From assembly GCF_006345805.1 (NCBI RefSeq), contig NC_043005.1, positions 83,390,001 to 83,454,000 of the forward strand: a stretch of DNA of 64,000 nt, written 5' to 3'. Position 1 is the stretch's first letter, and every line of letters begins with the position of its first letter. The notes beneath the pieces were generated by a model, which did not search any database, was not told where the DNA came from, and was given only the letters and a program-made list of their open reading frames with translations. Origin of the DNA: Octopus sinensis. Its lineage: Eukaryota. A program made the translations under genes and the position numbers. This document shows, in pieces, positions 1-11,691 of the stretch.

Positions 1-247
1 GTAAATTGCACCAATCCGACCGTGGCCGTTGCCAGCCTCGCCTGGCACCTGTGCGGGTGGCACGTAAAAAGCACCCACTACACTCACGGAGTGGTTGGCG
101 TTAGGAAGGGCATCCAGCTGTAGAAACATTGCCAGATAAGACTGAAGCCTGGTACAGCCTTCTGGCTTCCCAGATCCCCGGTCGAACCGTCCAACCTATG
201 CTAGCATGGAGAATGGACGTTAAACGATGATGATGATGATGATGATA
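1..247 (+). mobile_element. 3' end (UTR + (GAT)n tail) of an RTE-type LINE or derived SINE
   Basis: Same sequence as the UTRs following the RTE ORF remnants at 27.7-28.2 kb and 51.6-52.1 kb; ends ggacgttaaacgatgatgat. Confidence 0.8.
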
Positions 248-615
248 TATATATATATAAAATTAGTATGTGTGTCTGTGCTTTATGACTAAAACTGCAG
301 TTTATATACACAGATGTATGTAAATATATAAGTTAATTTGCTTGTGCCTTTTTCCTTTGCAATATCATAGATTCTTCCCCCTCCCTGTCTCTCTCTCTCT
401 TATTAAATGATATAAAATGTCTCAATTATTCTAAGAAAATGTTAACATAAACTTCAAAGTTTCAGTTTACTGGTCTTCATCAGTCTTTGAAGTCTGATGA
501 TGACCAATAAACATTTTTATGTAAAAATTAATAATACTGTATATATCTATGTGTGTGTGTGCAAGTGTGCACATATGTGTGTATATACTAATTTCCAAAT
601 TTCTGTATATTCCAG

Positions 616-740
616 GAAACTAGTGGATATTTTACAACAGAAGCAAGAGACTCCAACAAGACACGTTTATATTTGACTGCTTCAGTCCCAGCTGGCAAGA
701 AAACTATTGATCCAGGTTTTAATATCCAAGCTCTTTCCAG
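616..740 (+). CDS. Chitinase exon (ETSGYFTTEARDSNKTRLYLTASVPAGKKTIDPGFNIQALS)
   Basis: ttccag acceptor ending 615, gtaaat donor at 741; 125 nt; matches the GH18 RLLLTAAV-AGK-ID-GY motif. Confidence 0.92.
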
Positions 741-928
741 GTAAATTATACACACACACACATACACAAATGTTTGTTTTTATGTTCAGTTATAATAAGA
801 ACAATTTTACATTAATCTGATGGGTTACTCTATACTGTTGCAGTGTACAAATTTATTATTCTCAAACAAGGATATTGTCGACAGCAACTTGGAAGTTACA
901 GCCAGTTAAGCCATTATTATATGTGTAC

Positions 929-994
<66 letters not shown>

Positions 995-2724
995 AAAGGA
1001 AAGTTTACGAAAAAAAACAAAAGACGAAGACAGGTGGTGTACAAAACAAACAGATGTATTAGTATAACGCTCAGGAATAGAAAAAGTCTTTTACATTTCA
1101 AGCCTACGCTCTTCTACAGAAAGGTACACAGAAAAAACAAGGAGAGAAAAAAAAATGTGTGTAGTGGCTAACGATCTATCATGGTGTCATATATATATAT
1201 ATATATGTTTATACACATTGAAGCCTGTGCAGTCTTCTGCCTAACCAGCTCCTGTCAACTGTCAAACCGCCCAACCCATGTCAGCATGGAAAGCGAATTT
1301 TAAATGATAATGATGATGATGATATATATATAATGGAGTTATTAGCAAGGGATGATCAAGCTCTCTGTTAGTACAACAGGCTTACAACATTGTTCATATT
1401 AGTAAAGAACTCCACGATTTGTTGTGATAGGCTCCGAGGTTACAGTTCATCACCATTCTGTATTGTAAATTTGTGGTTGTGCCCCAGTTATTTTTACACA
1501 GAATGATATACAAGACAGGGTATAAATAATTGCCATCATATATTTCTCCTTATTATAGTAAATTTGCTTTACAGCTGTTTCCAGTTATTGTTATAGGTTC
1601 ATAATTGTTAGGTTTACTCAGTTGGTCTGTTGATCAGTCGAATAACATTGAACAACCTAGCAAGTTAATGCTACTTTCAATAGATTCATTTCTGGATCCT
1701 GTCAAGCCAACCAACCAACCCATGCCACTATGAAATATGCACATTAAAAGAATAAGGTGAAGATGATGACAGCGATTATGATGCTAGTGGTGGTGGTGAT
1801 GGTCATAGTAACAACTACAATTTAAACAAACTAGAAGAAATGGGATATTTCTGATGACAAAGTTGATGCATTTAAGTGTTAGTGGTTAATTTTGCATGAA
1901 GGGGTAAGTTCTGTGACAGACAACAAACTGTACCCCATGCACAATATTTCTCTACTGTGTGTGTGTGTGTGTGTGTGTATTACTCTTTACTCTTTTACTT
2001 GTTTCAGTCATTTGACAGCAGCCATGCTGGAGCACCGCCTTTAGTCGAGCAAATCGACCCCGGGACTTATTCTTTGTAAGCCCAGTACTTATTTTATCAG
2101 TACTTTCCATGCTGACATGGGTTGGGCGGTTTGACAGTTGACAGGAGCTGGTTAGGCAGAAGACTGCACCAGGTTCATATGTATGTATGGTTATATATTC
2201 TAAAGTATTTCCACTAAAGTTTCTCTTTTTAATTTACAGTGTTGTAGATTTCTTCAATCTGATGTCATATGACTACCATGGTGGTTCCTTTGACAAAGTG
2301 CTTGGTCATAACTGTCCTCTGTACTCTCTGAGCACCGAAGAAGGATTAGCAAAAACATTCAATATGGTATAAAGGCCTTTTTTTCTCACTTCTCACCTTT
2401 TAATCATGTTATATGTTTATACATACATACACAAACCAGATAAGTCCATTTACCTCCAACTATAGAGAGCAGTTGCCATATTTCATTCCATATTGGCTAC
2501 CTCTGATAAACATAAGGTTATATAATCAGATTGTTACCTAACACTCCATTGTACCCCTAGTGCAAAACTGATTGGTAAGATCGCCCCTGATGAATATATA
2601 ATACTGTACACTTTGGATTATATATTTATATATGTATGTGTGTGTATATATATATATATTATATTTAATGTAACATTATGTAATATTTTCTAACTATCTA
2701 TAAATATGTATATATGTTTATATA

Positions 2725-2760
<36 letters not shown>

Positions 2761-5026
2761 TGTATGTATGTATGTATAGGCATAGGCATAACGGTTTGGT
2801 TAAAAAGTTTACTTCCCAACCACATGGTTTTAGTTTCAGTCCCACTTTGTGGCACCTTGCACAAATTCCTTCTGCTATAACCTCAAACCAACCAAAGGCC
2901 CAAAGATAAATGAAACAGCCCTGTAGTTGGCAACTGAAAGTGAGATACACATCTTCATAGAAAAATGCTACATAAATATATATCTATACAAAGCATGTGG
3001 ATTGCCTATAGACCAAGAAGTTAAAAGACAACCTACATGGATGCTAGTTATTTGTATCCTTTCACAATCATGTTGTCTTGATTGTAACCAAGACATATAA
3101 CACTATAAATGCCTAAGTTAAAATATCACTAAATGGGTGTCAAAGAGTAATATTTCACTTGTGTAAGCATAGTAAAGTTGATGAGTGTTTCATTGCCTAT
3201 TGAGCTGATATTTTACCACACAATCCAGTAAAAACAGAAAAGGGTGGATCTTGGGTCAACAACCGAATATCATGTTACTGAAACAAGAAATTATATCTCT
3301 GTTTTAACAACTTATTCATTGTTCACTGTTCACTTTATATTCTATGTACTGTTCATGCAGTTTTAGTCACTTTTTCTGTTGAGTTATAGAGAATCTGAGC
3401 ACTGTATACAATCAGTTCATTGTTGTTATTTTATATCGTATTACAAAGAAAATGCACACACATACACACATTTTAATTTATCAATTTCTCTGTATTAACC
3501 CTTGTGAATGGTTTTGGCCTAATGATTAGGATACTGTACTCACAACTCATGAGTGTAAGATCTTGGTTTCAATTTCTGGATTGAGCAATGCATTATATTC
3601 TTGAGCAAAACACTTCATTTCACATTGCTCCAATCCACTCAGCTGGTAAAAATGAATCTCAGAAGAAGCTGGGAAGTTAACCTTGTGATGAACTTACATC
3701 CTGTTCAGCAGGGAATGTTGTGTCTCAACAGGGCTGGATTAAGACTCATCAAAGCCTTAGGCACTTAAAAGATTTTGGTGACCCCATAAAAGATTATCTA
3801 ATTCAAAATATAAACAATAACAAACAGTAAAATAAATTTTATTTTTCAAAATGAAACAAAAGAGTAAGAGAGAAAATAATGTTTATTTTTTGTATACTTC
3901 CACTTTATTTATATTTGAAAAGTTTCCTCCGACTTTTTTGAATTGCAAAGTCTTTGGTCAGATCCTCAAAATTAATCTTAGGTTGGTCAGATCCTCAAAA
4001 TTAATCTTAGGTAAAACATCTGCATTAGTAGAGATAAAAGCATCCCGAATATTATTTTAGCAAGTTTAAAGGGATTTCTTTTGTGCTGTAAACCATTTAC
4101 CATTTCTGTTGTCCCCCGTTCTTCCCTCAATTCCCTAAGCATGTGCTTATTTTGCTTAACCCTTTAGTGTTGCCATTATTCTGCCAAAATTAATGCTTTT
4201 TTATCCACATTGTTTTGAAATAATCATCTTGTAGCTATGATATTTTGATGAGGAAGCTGTTAATTTTAAAAACGATATTGTAGGGTAGGTGTGAGAGACC
4301 AGATCTGGCCAGTTTGAACATAAAACAGGCAGAATACTTTTGGCCGGATATGGCCGGTTTAAATGCTAAAGGTTTAATGGTTAATCCAGCACTGTGTCTC
4401 AATCATTTATACACCATATAAACCTGGCTAATTTCCAACTTTGTGAGTCCTTCAGTTCATGACAGACCAAAGTCCAAATAAATCTATTAACTCTATTATC
4501 CTTAAAAACTATCTTTTTCTCTATATCTCATTCTTTTCATTTATCCTTAACTCTTTCTCAATGCCAATTCCTAGCAGTTTCCTAAATATCAGATGAGAAA
4601 TATTCAAGACTAATTTGTTAAATAATTGATTTTTCAAAACATGAGCAAATTTTCTATAATCATTAAAGTGATATTAATCAATGTAATATATAATTTTGTT
4701 CTTTAACATACAGAACTGGAGTGCTAACTACTGGGTAGCAAATGGTTTGCCCAAAGAAAAGTTGAACATCGGTATGCCAGTATATGGAAGAGGATTTAAA
4801 TTGACTAATAAAACTTGCATTACCCCAGGATGTCCTTCATCTGGACCTAATGCAGCTGGCAGATACACCAGATTAGAAGGGTTTTTGTCATACTACGAGG
4901 TAAAATTATGTTATTTTTATTATTTTTACTGGCAAGATCATTAATACAACAGGCAAGATGCATAGCATAATTTCTTCTGACTCATAACATTCTGAGTTCA
5001 AATCCCTCCTTCTGTTTATCCATTCA

Positions 5027-5061
<35 letters not shown>

Positions 5062-5369
5062 TTTGTGCTTTTATTCAAAATGAAGACGAACACCATTCCT
5101 CCATGTGATCAGCTAGAAAAATTGTTAAGGTATTAACACATATTTTCTTAACATGGAAACAATGGTAGCTTTAAGACACAAATGCAGTGTTGAGCACACA
5201 CATATATATGTATATATATATATATGCACATATGTGTGTGTGTATATATATATATATATAATATATATGACGTGATCACGTGACCGACCAGGCTATCTGA
5301 TGTTGCTACACATCGCTGGTCACAATGCGCTTTGCATTGACGCCACCCTGCTGGCTAAGTGAGCAGGTC

Positions 5370-5400
<31 letters not shown>

Positions 5401-6074
5401 TCAAAGAAACTCCAACTTAGTCTGAAATTCACATTTTATTTACAATCTTATTGTGATATAAGATAATATAATATAATGAAATGATAGCATATTAAATGTC
5501 CATTCTGATTGAACTAGTACTTTCATGCATTAAACTATGCAATCTTCAGGTCCATGTAGTTGTGGTGTCAGTTATGTTTTACAATTTACAACTGTGGCAA
5601 GATGGCTAAACTGTGTGCCTTAAATACGTTTGTATAGGCTCCAGAATGTTAATTTTTGCAAACTGTATTCTGACCAATCAATGTGTGATTTTACTAAATT
5701 ACTTAAGTTGATTCGTATTTGGATTCAGTGTCATGGTTTGCTAAATATGTCAAGAGACCTGTATTTTGACCCTGGCCAAAGCAGTAAATGTTGGGTTATT
5801 TTTAGAAATGTTGTAAACAACATTTCCCAAGGATTTTTACATTTCCATTATCATCTCCTTTATTGTTGTTGTTGTTGTTGGTGGTAGTGGTATTTTCCTG
5901 CTATCATCACAACAAGCACCTTTAGTATTGTTGTTGTTAGTGATAGTAGTCGTAGCAGTAGAACTAGTAATACTAATACTTAGAGGTACAGACAAAGTTG
6001 GAATTTCTTTGAGTAATATATTTTTCTATACACAATCATACACACCCGTATGTGTGTGTATATATATGTATATA

Positions 6075-6126
<52 letters not shown>

Positions 6127-8643
6127 GCTTGGATCAAGGCATAGAACGCACCCCTACCATTTTACAATCAGGCAACACTTTTAGTCTACTCACAAATCAT
6201 GTGAGTTATGCATAATAAAATATCATGTACATTTATCCTAAGTCCTGACAGCTTACCTCCAAACCCTTGCCACAGATGAAGGAAACAATTGACTTAATTG
6301 CCATGTAAGGGCAAGAAAAGTTATAAAAGTCAGGTAGTTGAAGATGAAAATATTTAAGATTAATTACTTCCCTTGTCAAGTACCTCATCACACTTGTTAA
6401 CAGAAATACATAAAAGAGATAAAAGATTTTTTGAGTGCAGTCTATATTCTTATAATCAACAAATTTAAGCACTGATAAAATATTTATGGATACAAGCATG
6501 ATTATGTGCAACAATGTGGTTCCAGATTTATACCACAACCAAAGCTTCATGATGGCATTTTGCTACCCAGAAACTGAGAGTGTGCATGTGTATGCACATG
6601 CATGTATGTATCAGTCAGCTGGGAGCAGGGCCTCCAAGAGAAATTTTCCAAAGTAGAAGGTTGCTTTTGGGCCTGGTATGGGGCTGTGAGTACTCGCAAA
6701 ATTCAAGTGGGTTGGCTTTTTTTTTTTTTTTGAAGGGTGCCCATCATATACTTCTTTGGCTTTCCATGCTCATTTTCAAGATACAAGGTGAATCCTTATA
6801 TTATATGCCCGGCTGGAAAAATCATGGGACTCTGCCAACCTGTGTAGCCCTACATCTTATAGATGACAGAAAGTATTCAGTGGTGACGCTATTACTCAGA
6901 TGATTATCAGGCCCTTGCTACCACATTACAATATAATTCTACAGTATCCCCAGCAAGAAAACTTCTATGAGGCCATATGATCTGCTAGAAATATAAACTA
7001 GATTGCAGCCATGCATGTCCGGCTTTGTTGAGAATACCCCTGATGCGTCAGGCGATATGATATGCTTAAGAAGACCTGTTGAGTCAAGTAAAACCAATAT
7101 TGTGGCCAGTTCCCCGATGCCAGGCCCACCTGACTGGCTCCTGTGCTGGTGGCACGTAAAAAGCACCTACTACACTCTTGGAGTGGTTGGCATTAGGAAG
7201 AGCATCTACCTATAGAAACCCTGCCAGATCAGATTGGAGCCTGGTGCAACCGCTGGCTCTCCAGACCTCAGTCAAATCATCCAACCCATGCCAGCATGGA
7301 AAATGGGTGTTAAACGATGATGATGATGATGATGATAAAAAAGAGCTCAGTGAACATGCTATGAAGAATGGAAAATTCAATGTTTCAGACAGAGTCCTTT
7401 TTCAGGGAAAAGTTGAAAGTGGATGTCCCTCTGCCCATGGCAAGTTCACTGTATTCTTCGTAGTGGTTTTGCTAAGTAATACAAAGTCTTGCAGACACAG
7501 AACAATACCAACCTCTTTGGAGTCTGTTTAATCATGTGTGTGTGTGTGTGTCTTTGTCTTTGATATTATGCAAAAGTTGTAAATGAGCGTTACTGTTATA
7601 CATGCAGTGTCTTTAGTTTCCAGTCTTCTGTGAAAACATGTCTAGCCATGGGGCAATATAACATTACCTAAAAGCAGTTGAGGATTAGCAACAGGAAGAG
7701 CATCTGGCCATAGAAAAATTAACCTCAACAAATTCCATCCAATCTTTTCAATCATGATAAAGTGAACATAAAAACGAGAAACACGACAATGATGATGATG
7801 ATAGAGGTGGTGGTGGTGGTGGTGGTGGTGACAATAATGAAATTAATACCAATGTATGAGTGTGCCAAGAATTTTGAAATGCTAAATAACTATTAGAATT
7901 AAAGGAAAAATTTTATTTATTATATTGTAACATACAATGATTTTACTGAAATTCTTTCAGATTTGCCAATTGATTAAGAGTGGAGCCCAAACATATTGGA
8001 TTGATGAACAGCAGGTGCCATATTTAGTCAAGGACGACCAATGGATTGGTTATGATGATGCCAAGAGTTTAACAATCAAAGTGAGTCTTTCATTTGATTT
8101 TAAAAAAATATTTTTATTTCTTTCCTTCTTTTAGTCTTTTACTTGTTTCATACACTGGACTCTGGCCATGCTGGGGCACTGCATTGAAGAATTTAATCAG
8201 GCAAATGGATCCTAATATTTTTCTCTCAGGTCTGTACTTATTCTATCAGTCTCTTTGACTGAACTGTTAGGTTACAAGAACATAAACAAACCATCACAGG
8301 TTTTCAAGTGATAAGAGGACAAACCTGAGGACACACACATACATAAATGCATATCTTTTATCTTTTACTTGTTTCAGTCATTAGACTGAGGCCATGCTGG
8401 GGCACTGCCTTGAAGAATTTTTAGTCAATTGCATTGCTCAGTAATTTGGGGAGGGTTGTGTTTTTTGTTTGTTTTGTTTCTTTTTGTTCATCAAAATTGT
8501 GTTTTTATTTTTAGGCTAAATGGTTGAAGGATAATGCATTTGGTGGCTTTGCAGTATGGGACATGGCACTTGACGACTTTGATAACCAGTGTGGAAATGG
8601 TAGTTACTACTTAATAAATACCTTAACACATGCTCTGCAATAA
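616..8643 (+). CDS. GH18 chitinase / chitinase-like gene, 3' part: join(616..740,2240..2366,4714..4899,7961..8080,8515..8643), 228 aa within window; 5' exons including the catalytic DxDxE motif lie upstream of the window
   Basis: Five AG/GT-bounded exons join in frame (phases 2,0,0,0) to give ...RLYLTASVPAGKKTIDPGFN...VDFFNLMSYDYHGGSF...GHNCPLY...YWVANGLPKEKLNIGMPVYGRGF...GFLSYYEICQL...VPYLVKDDQWIGYDD...KAKWLKDNAFGGFAVWDMALDDF...LQ*. These are the characteristic GH18 barrel motifs. Confidence 0.95.
995..1189. mobile_element. Short interspersed repeat inserted in (TA)n; a partial second copy in opposite orientation lies at ~57740-57825
   Basis: gacgaagacaggtggtgtacaaaacaaacagatgtattagta matches the reverse complement of the 57750-57800 segment; TA tracts on both sides. 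Confidence 0.55.
1088..1123 (-). ncRNA. Degenerate hammerhead-like motif in a TA-embedded repeat
   Basis: CUUU CUGUAGA A GAGC-GUAG-GCUU GAAA UG UA AAAG. The stems are present but core A6 is U. Confidence 0.35.
2240..2366 (+). CDS. Chitinase exon (VVDFFNLMSYDYHGGSFDKVLGHNCPLYSLSTEEGLAKTFNM)
   Basis: tttacag acceptor, gtataa donor at 2367; 127 nt; matches the DF-NLM-YD-HG and GHN-PL motifs. Confidence 0.95.
4156..4377. mobile_element. piggyBac-type MITE (TTAA-CCCTTTAG...CTAAAGGT-TTAA)
   Basis: Short terminal inverted repeats with TTAA at both ends. Confidence 0.5.
4714..4899 (+). CDS. Chitinase exon (NWSANYWVANGLPKEKLNIGMPVYGRGF...GFLSYYE)
   Basis: atacag acceptor, gtaaaa donor at 4900; 186 nt; KL-IG-P-YGR-F and YYE motifs. 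Confidence 0.96.
6990..7336 (+). mobile_element. RTE-type 3' UTR fragment with (GAT)n tail (chitinase intron)
   Basis: Matches 27700-28215; gacctgttgagtcaagtaaaacc...gttaaacgatgatgat. Confidence 0.75.
7961..8080 (+). CDS. Chitinase exon (ICQLIKSGAQTYWIDEQQVPYLVKDDQWIGYDDAKSLTIK)
   Basis: ctttcag acceptor, gtgagt donor at 8081; 120 nt; VPY...QW-GYDD motif. Confidence 0.96.
8515..8643 (+). CDS. Chitinase terminal exon (AKWLKDNAFGGFAVWDMALDDFDNQCGNGSYYLINTLTHALQ*)
   Basis: tttttag acceptor; GG--VW---DDF motif; TAA at 8641-8643. Confidence 0.95.
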   Translation, partial: AKWLKDNAFGGFAVWDMALDDFDNQCGNGSYYLINTLTHALQ

Positions 8644-8880
8644 AAGGCAGCAAAGCAGACAATAGCAGAAATATTTGGAAAAACTTTTACTCCAAGTTCA
8701 ATATTATGAATATAAAATGAAACAAAATAGATAAAACTGTATTTAAATTTTAAATAATTTGAAATAAATATGAGGAAAATAAACATTTACAGGAAAGCTG
8801 TAGATGGAAAAAAAAAACATAACATGTGTGATTTGTTAGTTATTGTGGTTAATTCCATTGGAATTCACTTCATCTGTTTC

Positions 8881-8886
8881 AATAAA
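8881..8886 (+). terminator. Candidate polyadenylation signal of the chitinase gene
   Basis: AATAAA ~240 nt after the stop, at the end of an A-rich UTR and just before repeat DNA starts. Other AATAAA hexamers (e.g. overlapping the stop) exist, so the choice is uncertain. Confidence 0.4.
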
Positions 8887-9116
8887 CTTTGAAAATCATG
8901 AAGAATTTATTAAAATATCTTTGTCATTATTAAGCTGATATTTAGAACATGAGTTAACATGAAGTTTTGATGGAAAGTTTTAATTTAGATCATTTTAACC
9001 CTTGCCTTTGTTTCATTTAATATTGATTTCAAATTTTGATACAAGGCCAGTAATCTTGTGGGTGGGAGAAAGCCATTTACATCAACCACAGTGTTCAGTC
9101 GGTATTTATTTGATTG

Positions 9117-9333
9117 GCGGCGAGCTAGCAGATTCGTTAGCATGCCAGGTGAAATGCATAGCCGTATTTCGTCTGCTGTTCTCTTCTGAGTTCAAATTCC
9201 GCCGAGGTCGACTTTGCCTTTCATCCTTTCGGGGGTTGATAAATTAAGTACCAGTTACGCACTGGGGTCGATATAATCAACTTAATCCGTTTGTCCCTTC
9301 TGTGTTTAGCCCCTTATGGGTAATAAAGAAATA
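9117..9333 (+). mobile_element. tRNA-derived SINE (family B) with 16-bp target-site duplication
   Basis: A/B-box-like head (gcagattcgttag...gagttcaaattcc); TSD GGTATTTATTTGATTG at 9101-9116 and 9334-9349. Confidence 0.9.
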
Positions 9334-9731
9334 GGTATTTATTTGATTGACTCTGAAAGGATGAAAGGCAGAGTGAACCTTGGCAGAATTTGAACTTAGA
9401 ACATACAGATGGACAAAATGTTGCTAAGCATTTTGGTTGGCATGCTAACAATTCTGCCAGCTCGCTACCTTATTTGGAAGAAAATTAAATTTTGATGTAA
9501 AGTTTTAATTTAGATCATTTGAATTCTTTTGTTACCATATTTCTGTTGAAATACATAACCTTTGTTTAAATTAATATTGGTTTCAAATTTTGGCACAAGG
9601 CCAGTAATTGTGGGGGAAGGGACAGGTCCATTACATCAACCCCATTGTTCAACTGGTACTTATTTTATTAACCCTGAAAAGATGAAAGGCAAAGTAAACC
9701 TTGGTGGAATTTAATTCAAAATGTACAGACA

Positions 9732-10120
9732 GGAGTGGCTGTGTGGTAAGTAGCTTGTTTACCAACCACATGGTTCCAGGTTCAGTCCCACTGCATGGCA
9801 CCTTGGGCAAGTGTCTTCTACTATAGCCTCGGGCCGACCAAAGCCTTGTGAGTGGATTTGGTGGACGGAAACTGAAAGAAGCCCATCGTATATATGTATA
9901 TATATATATATGCGTGTGTGTGTTTGTCTCCCTAGCATTGCTTGACAACCGATGCTGGTGTGTTTATGTCCCCGTTACTTAGCGGTTCGGCAAAAGAGAC
10001 CGATAGAATAAGTACTGGGCTTACAAAAGAATAAGTCCCGGGGTCGATTTGCTCGATTAAAGGCGGTGCTCCAGCATGGCTACAGTCAAATGACTGAAAC
10101 GAGTAAAAGAGTAAAGAGAG
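9732..10120 (+). mobile_element. Full-length tRNA-derived SINE (family C) with internal (TA)/(TG) microsatellite, inserted in an older SINE
   Basis: Head ggagtggctgtgtggtaag...ggttcagtccc; (GTAAAAGA)-type tail; near-identical inverted copy at 22886-23288. Confidence 0.85.
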
Positions 10121-11461
10121 CTGAAATGCTGTTAAGCATTTTACTAGCATGCTAACAATTTTGTCAGCTTGCCACCTTATTCGGAATATAGATTAGCATG
10201 AAGTTTTCATTAAAACTTTTAATTTAGATCATTTTAACTCTTTTGTTGCCATATTTCTGTTGAAATACACTGCCCCTGTTTCAATACATTTTTAAAATAA
10301 TGAAGCATGTTAAAATATCTGAACGCCTTACTTCCCTGGGCATGGACACATTGAAATTCCAACGTCTGGCAGCTGACTTGGCAGACACCCATAAAATTAT
10401 TAAACATCTTACAAACAATAACTCTGAGCACCTTTTCAAACTCCACCTGTGGATATGTTTACAGAGTCAGAAAACAGCACAGCTCCCATGACTTTCGGGA
10501 ACATTTTTTCACACTGAGAGTTGCTGAAGCATGGAACAAACTGCCGGCATCAGTTGTTAGTTGTCAGAGCACTGCATCCTGAGATTTGCCAACACTATAC
10601 CTGATTTTTCCCCACTCCATACACACGCAAGCATGTATCTGACTCATACACTGTTCGCTTTATAGACATTTGTACATTACTGCATATACTCTATACACTC
10701 TTTTGACAAGTTGTGGTGCACCTGAGCATTGTATACAATAATTTCATTATTATTATCTTTATAATTATTAAGCTGATATTTGGAACATAAATTAACATGA
10801 AGCTTTGAATCAAAGTTTTATTTTAGATCATTTTAACCTGTTTATTACAATATTTCTGTTGAAATACATTACTTTGTTTTACCTGATGTTAATTTAATGT
10901 TATAGGCCTAAAGAAAAAAATCAACATTAAGGGAAATAAATCAAGCAAAATCACTGAATAATCATAAGTAATTTTCCAATCTAAACAATTTCCCCATTGG
11001 AATCACCATATTTTCCTTAAGAATTTGAAAATTTTAATCCCAGAAGGAATTTTTCCTCAGATAAAGAATTGCTGGATTATACCAAATTTCTGTTTTTACT
11101 GAAAAAAAGTAAAATAAGAGAATAATAATATTAGAAAAGTGTTGATGTTTGCTTGAACATCAACAAGACATGGTTTTTAGGAATCATATAAATTAGCACA
11201 GCAATGAAGTCCAACATGTTCCTAATCTCATTACAATTTGATAAGGGGCATTTTAGGTAAACTATTAAAGGAATGTTTTTAAGGTAAAAGTTCAATCACC
11301 ATCATCATCATCATCATCACCATTGTCATCATCATTTTGTTTTAAATCTCCATGTTGACATAGGTTAGACAGCTTGACAAGATCCGATGGGTCCAAGAGC
11401 TGCATTGCATTTCAGTACTCCCTTGGCAAGATTTCCACTGCTGGATGCCCTTCCTAATACC

Positions 11462-11691
11462 TATTTCTTTGCTACCCACAAGGAGCTAAACACAGAGAGG
11501 ACAAACAAGGACAGACAAATGGATTAAATCGATTATATCGACCCCAGTGCGTAACTGGTACTTATTTAATCGACCCCGAAAGGATGAAAGGCAAAGTCGA
11601 CCTCAGTGAAATTTGAACTCAGAACATAATGGCAGACGAAATACGGCTACACATTTCACCCGGCATGCTAACGTTTCTGCCAGCTCACCGC
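11462..11691 (-). mobile_element. tRNA-derived SINE (family B) with ~12-bp TSD, inserted in an RTE tail
   Basis: CTTCCTAATACC at 11450-11461 and 11692-11703. Confidence 0.85.

Noticed and set aside
455-500. CUGAUGA...GAAA on the - strand
   Set aside because: Stem II and the stem III/cleavage site do not form in hammerhead geometry; too degenerate to call.
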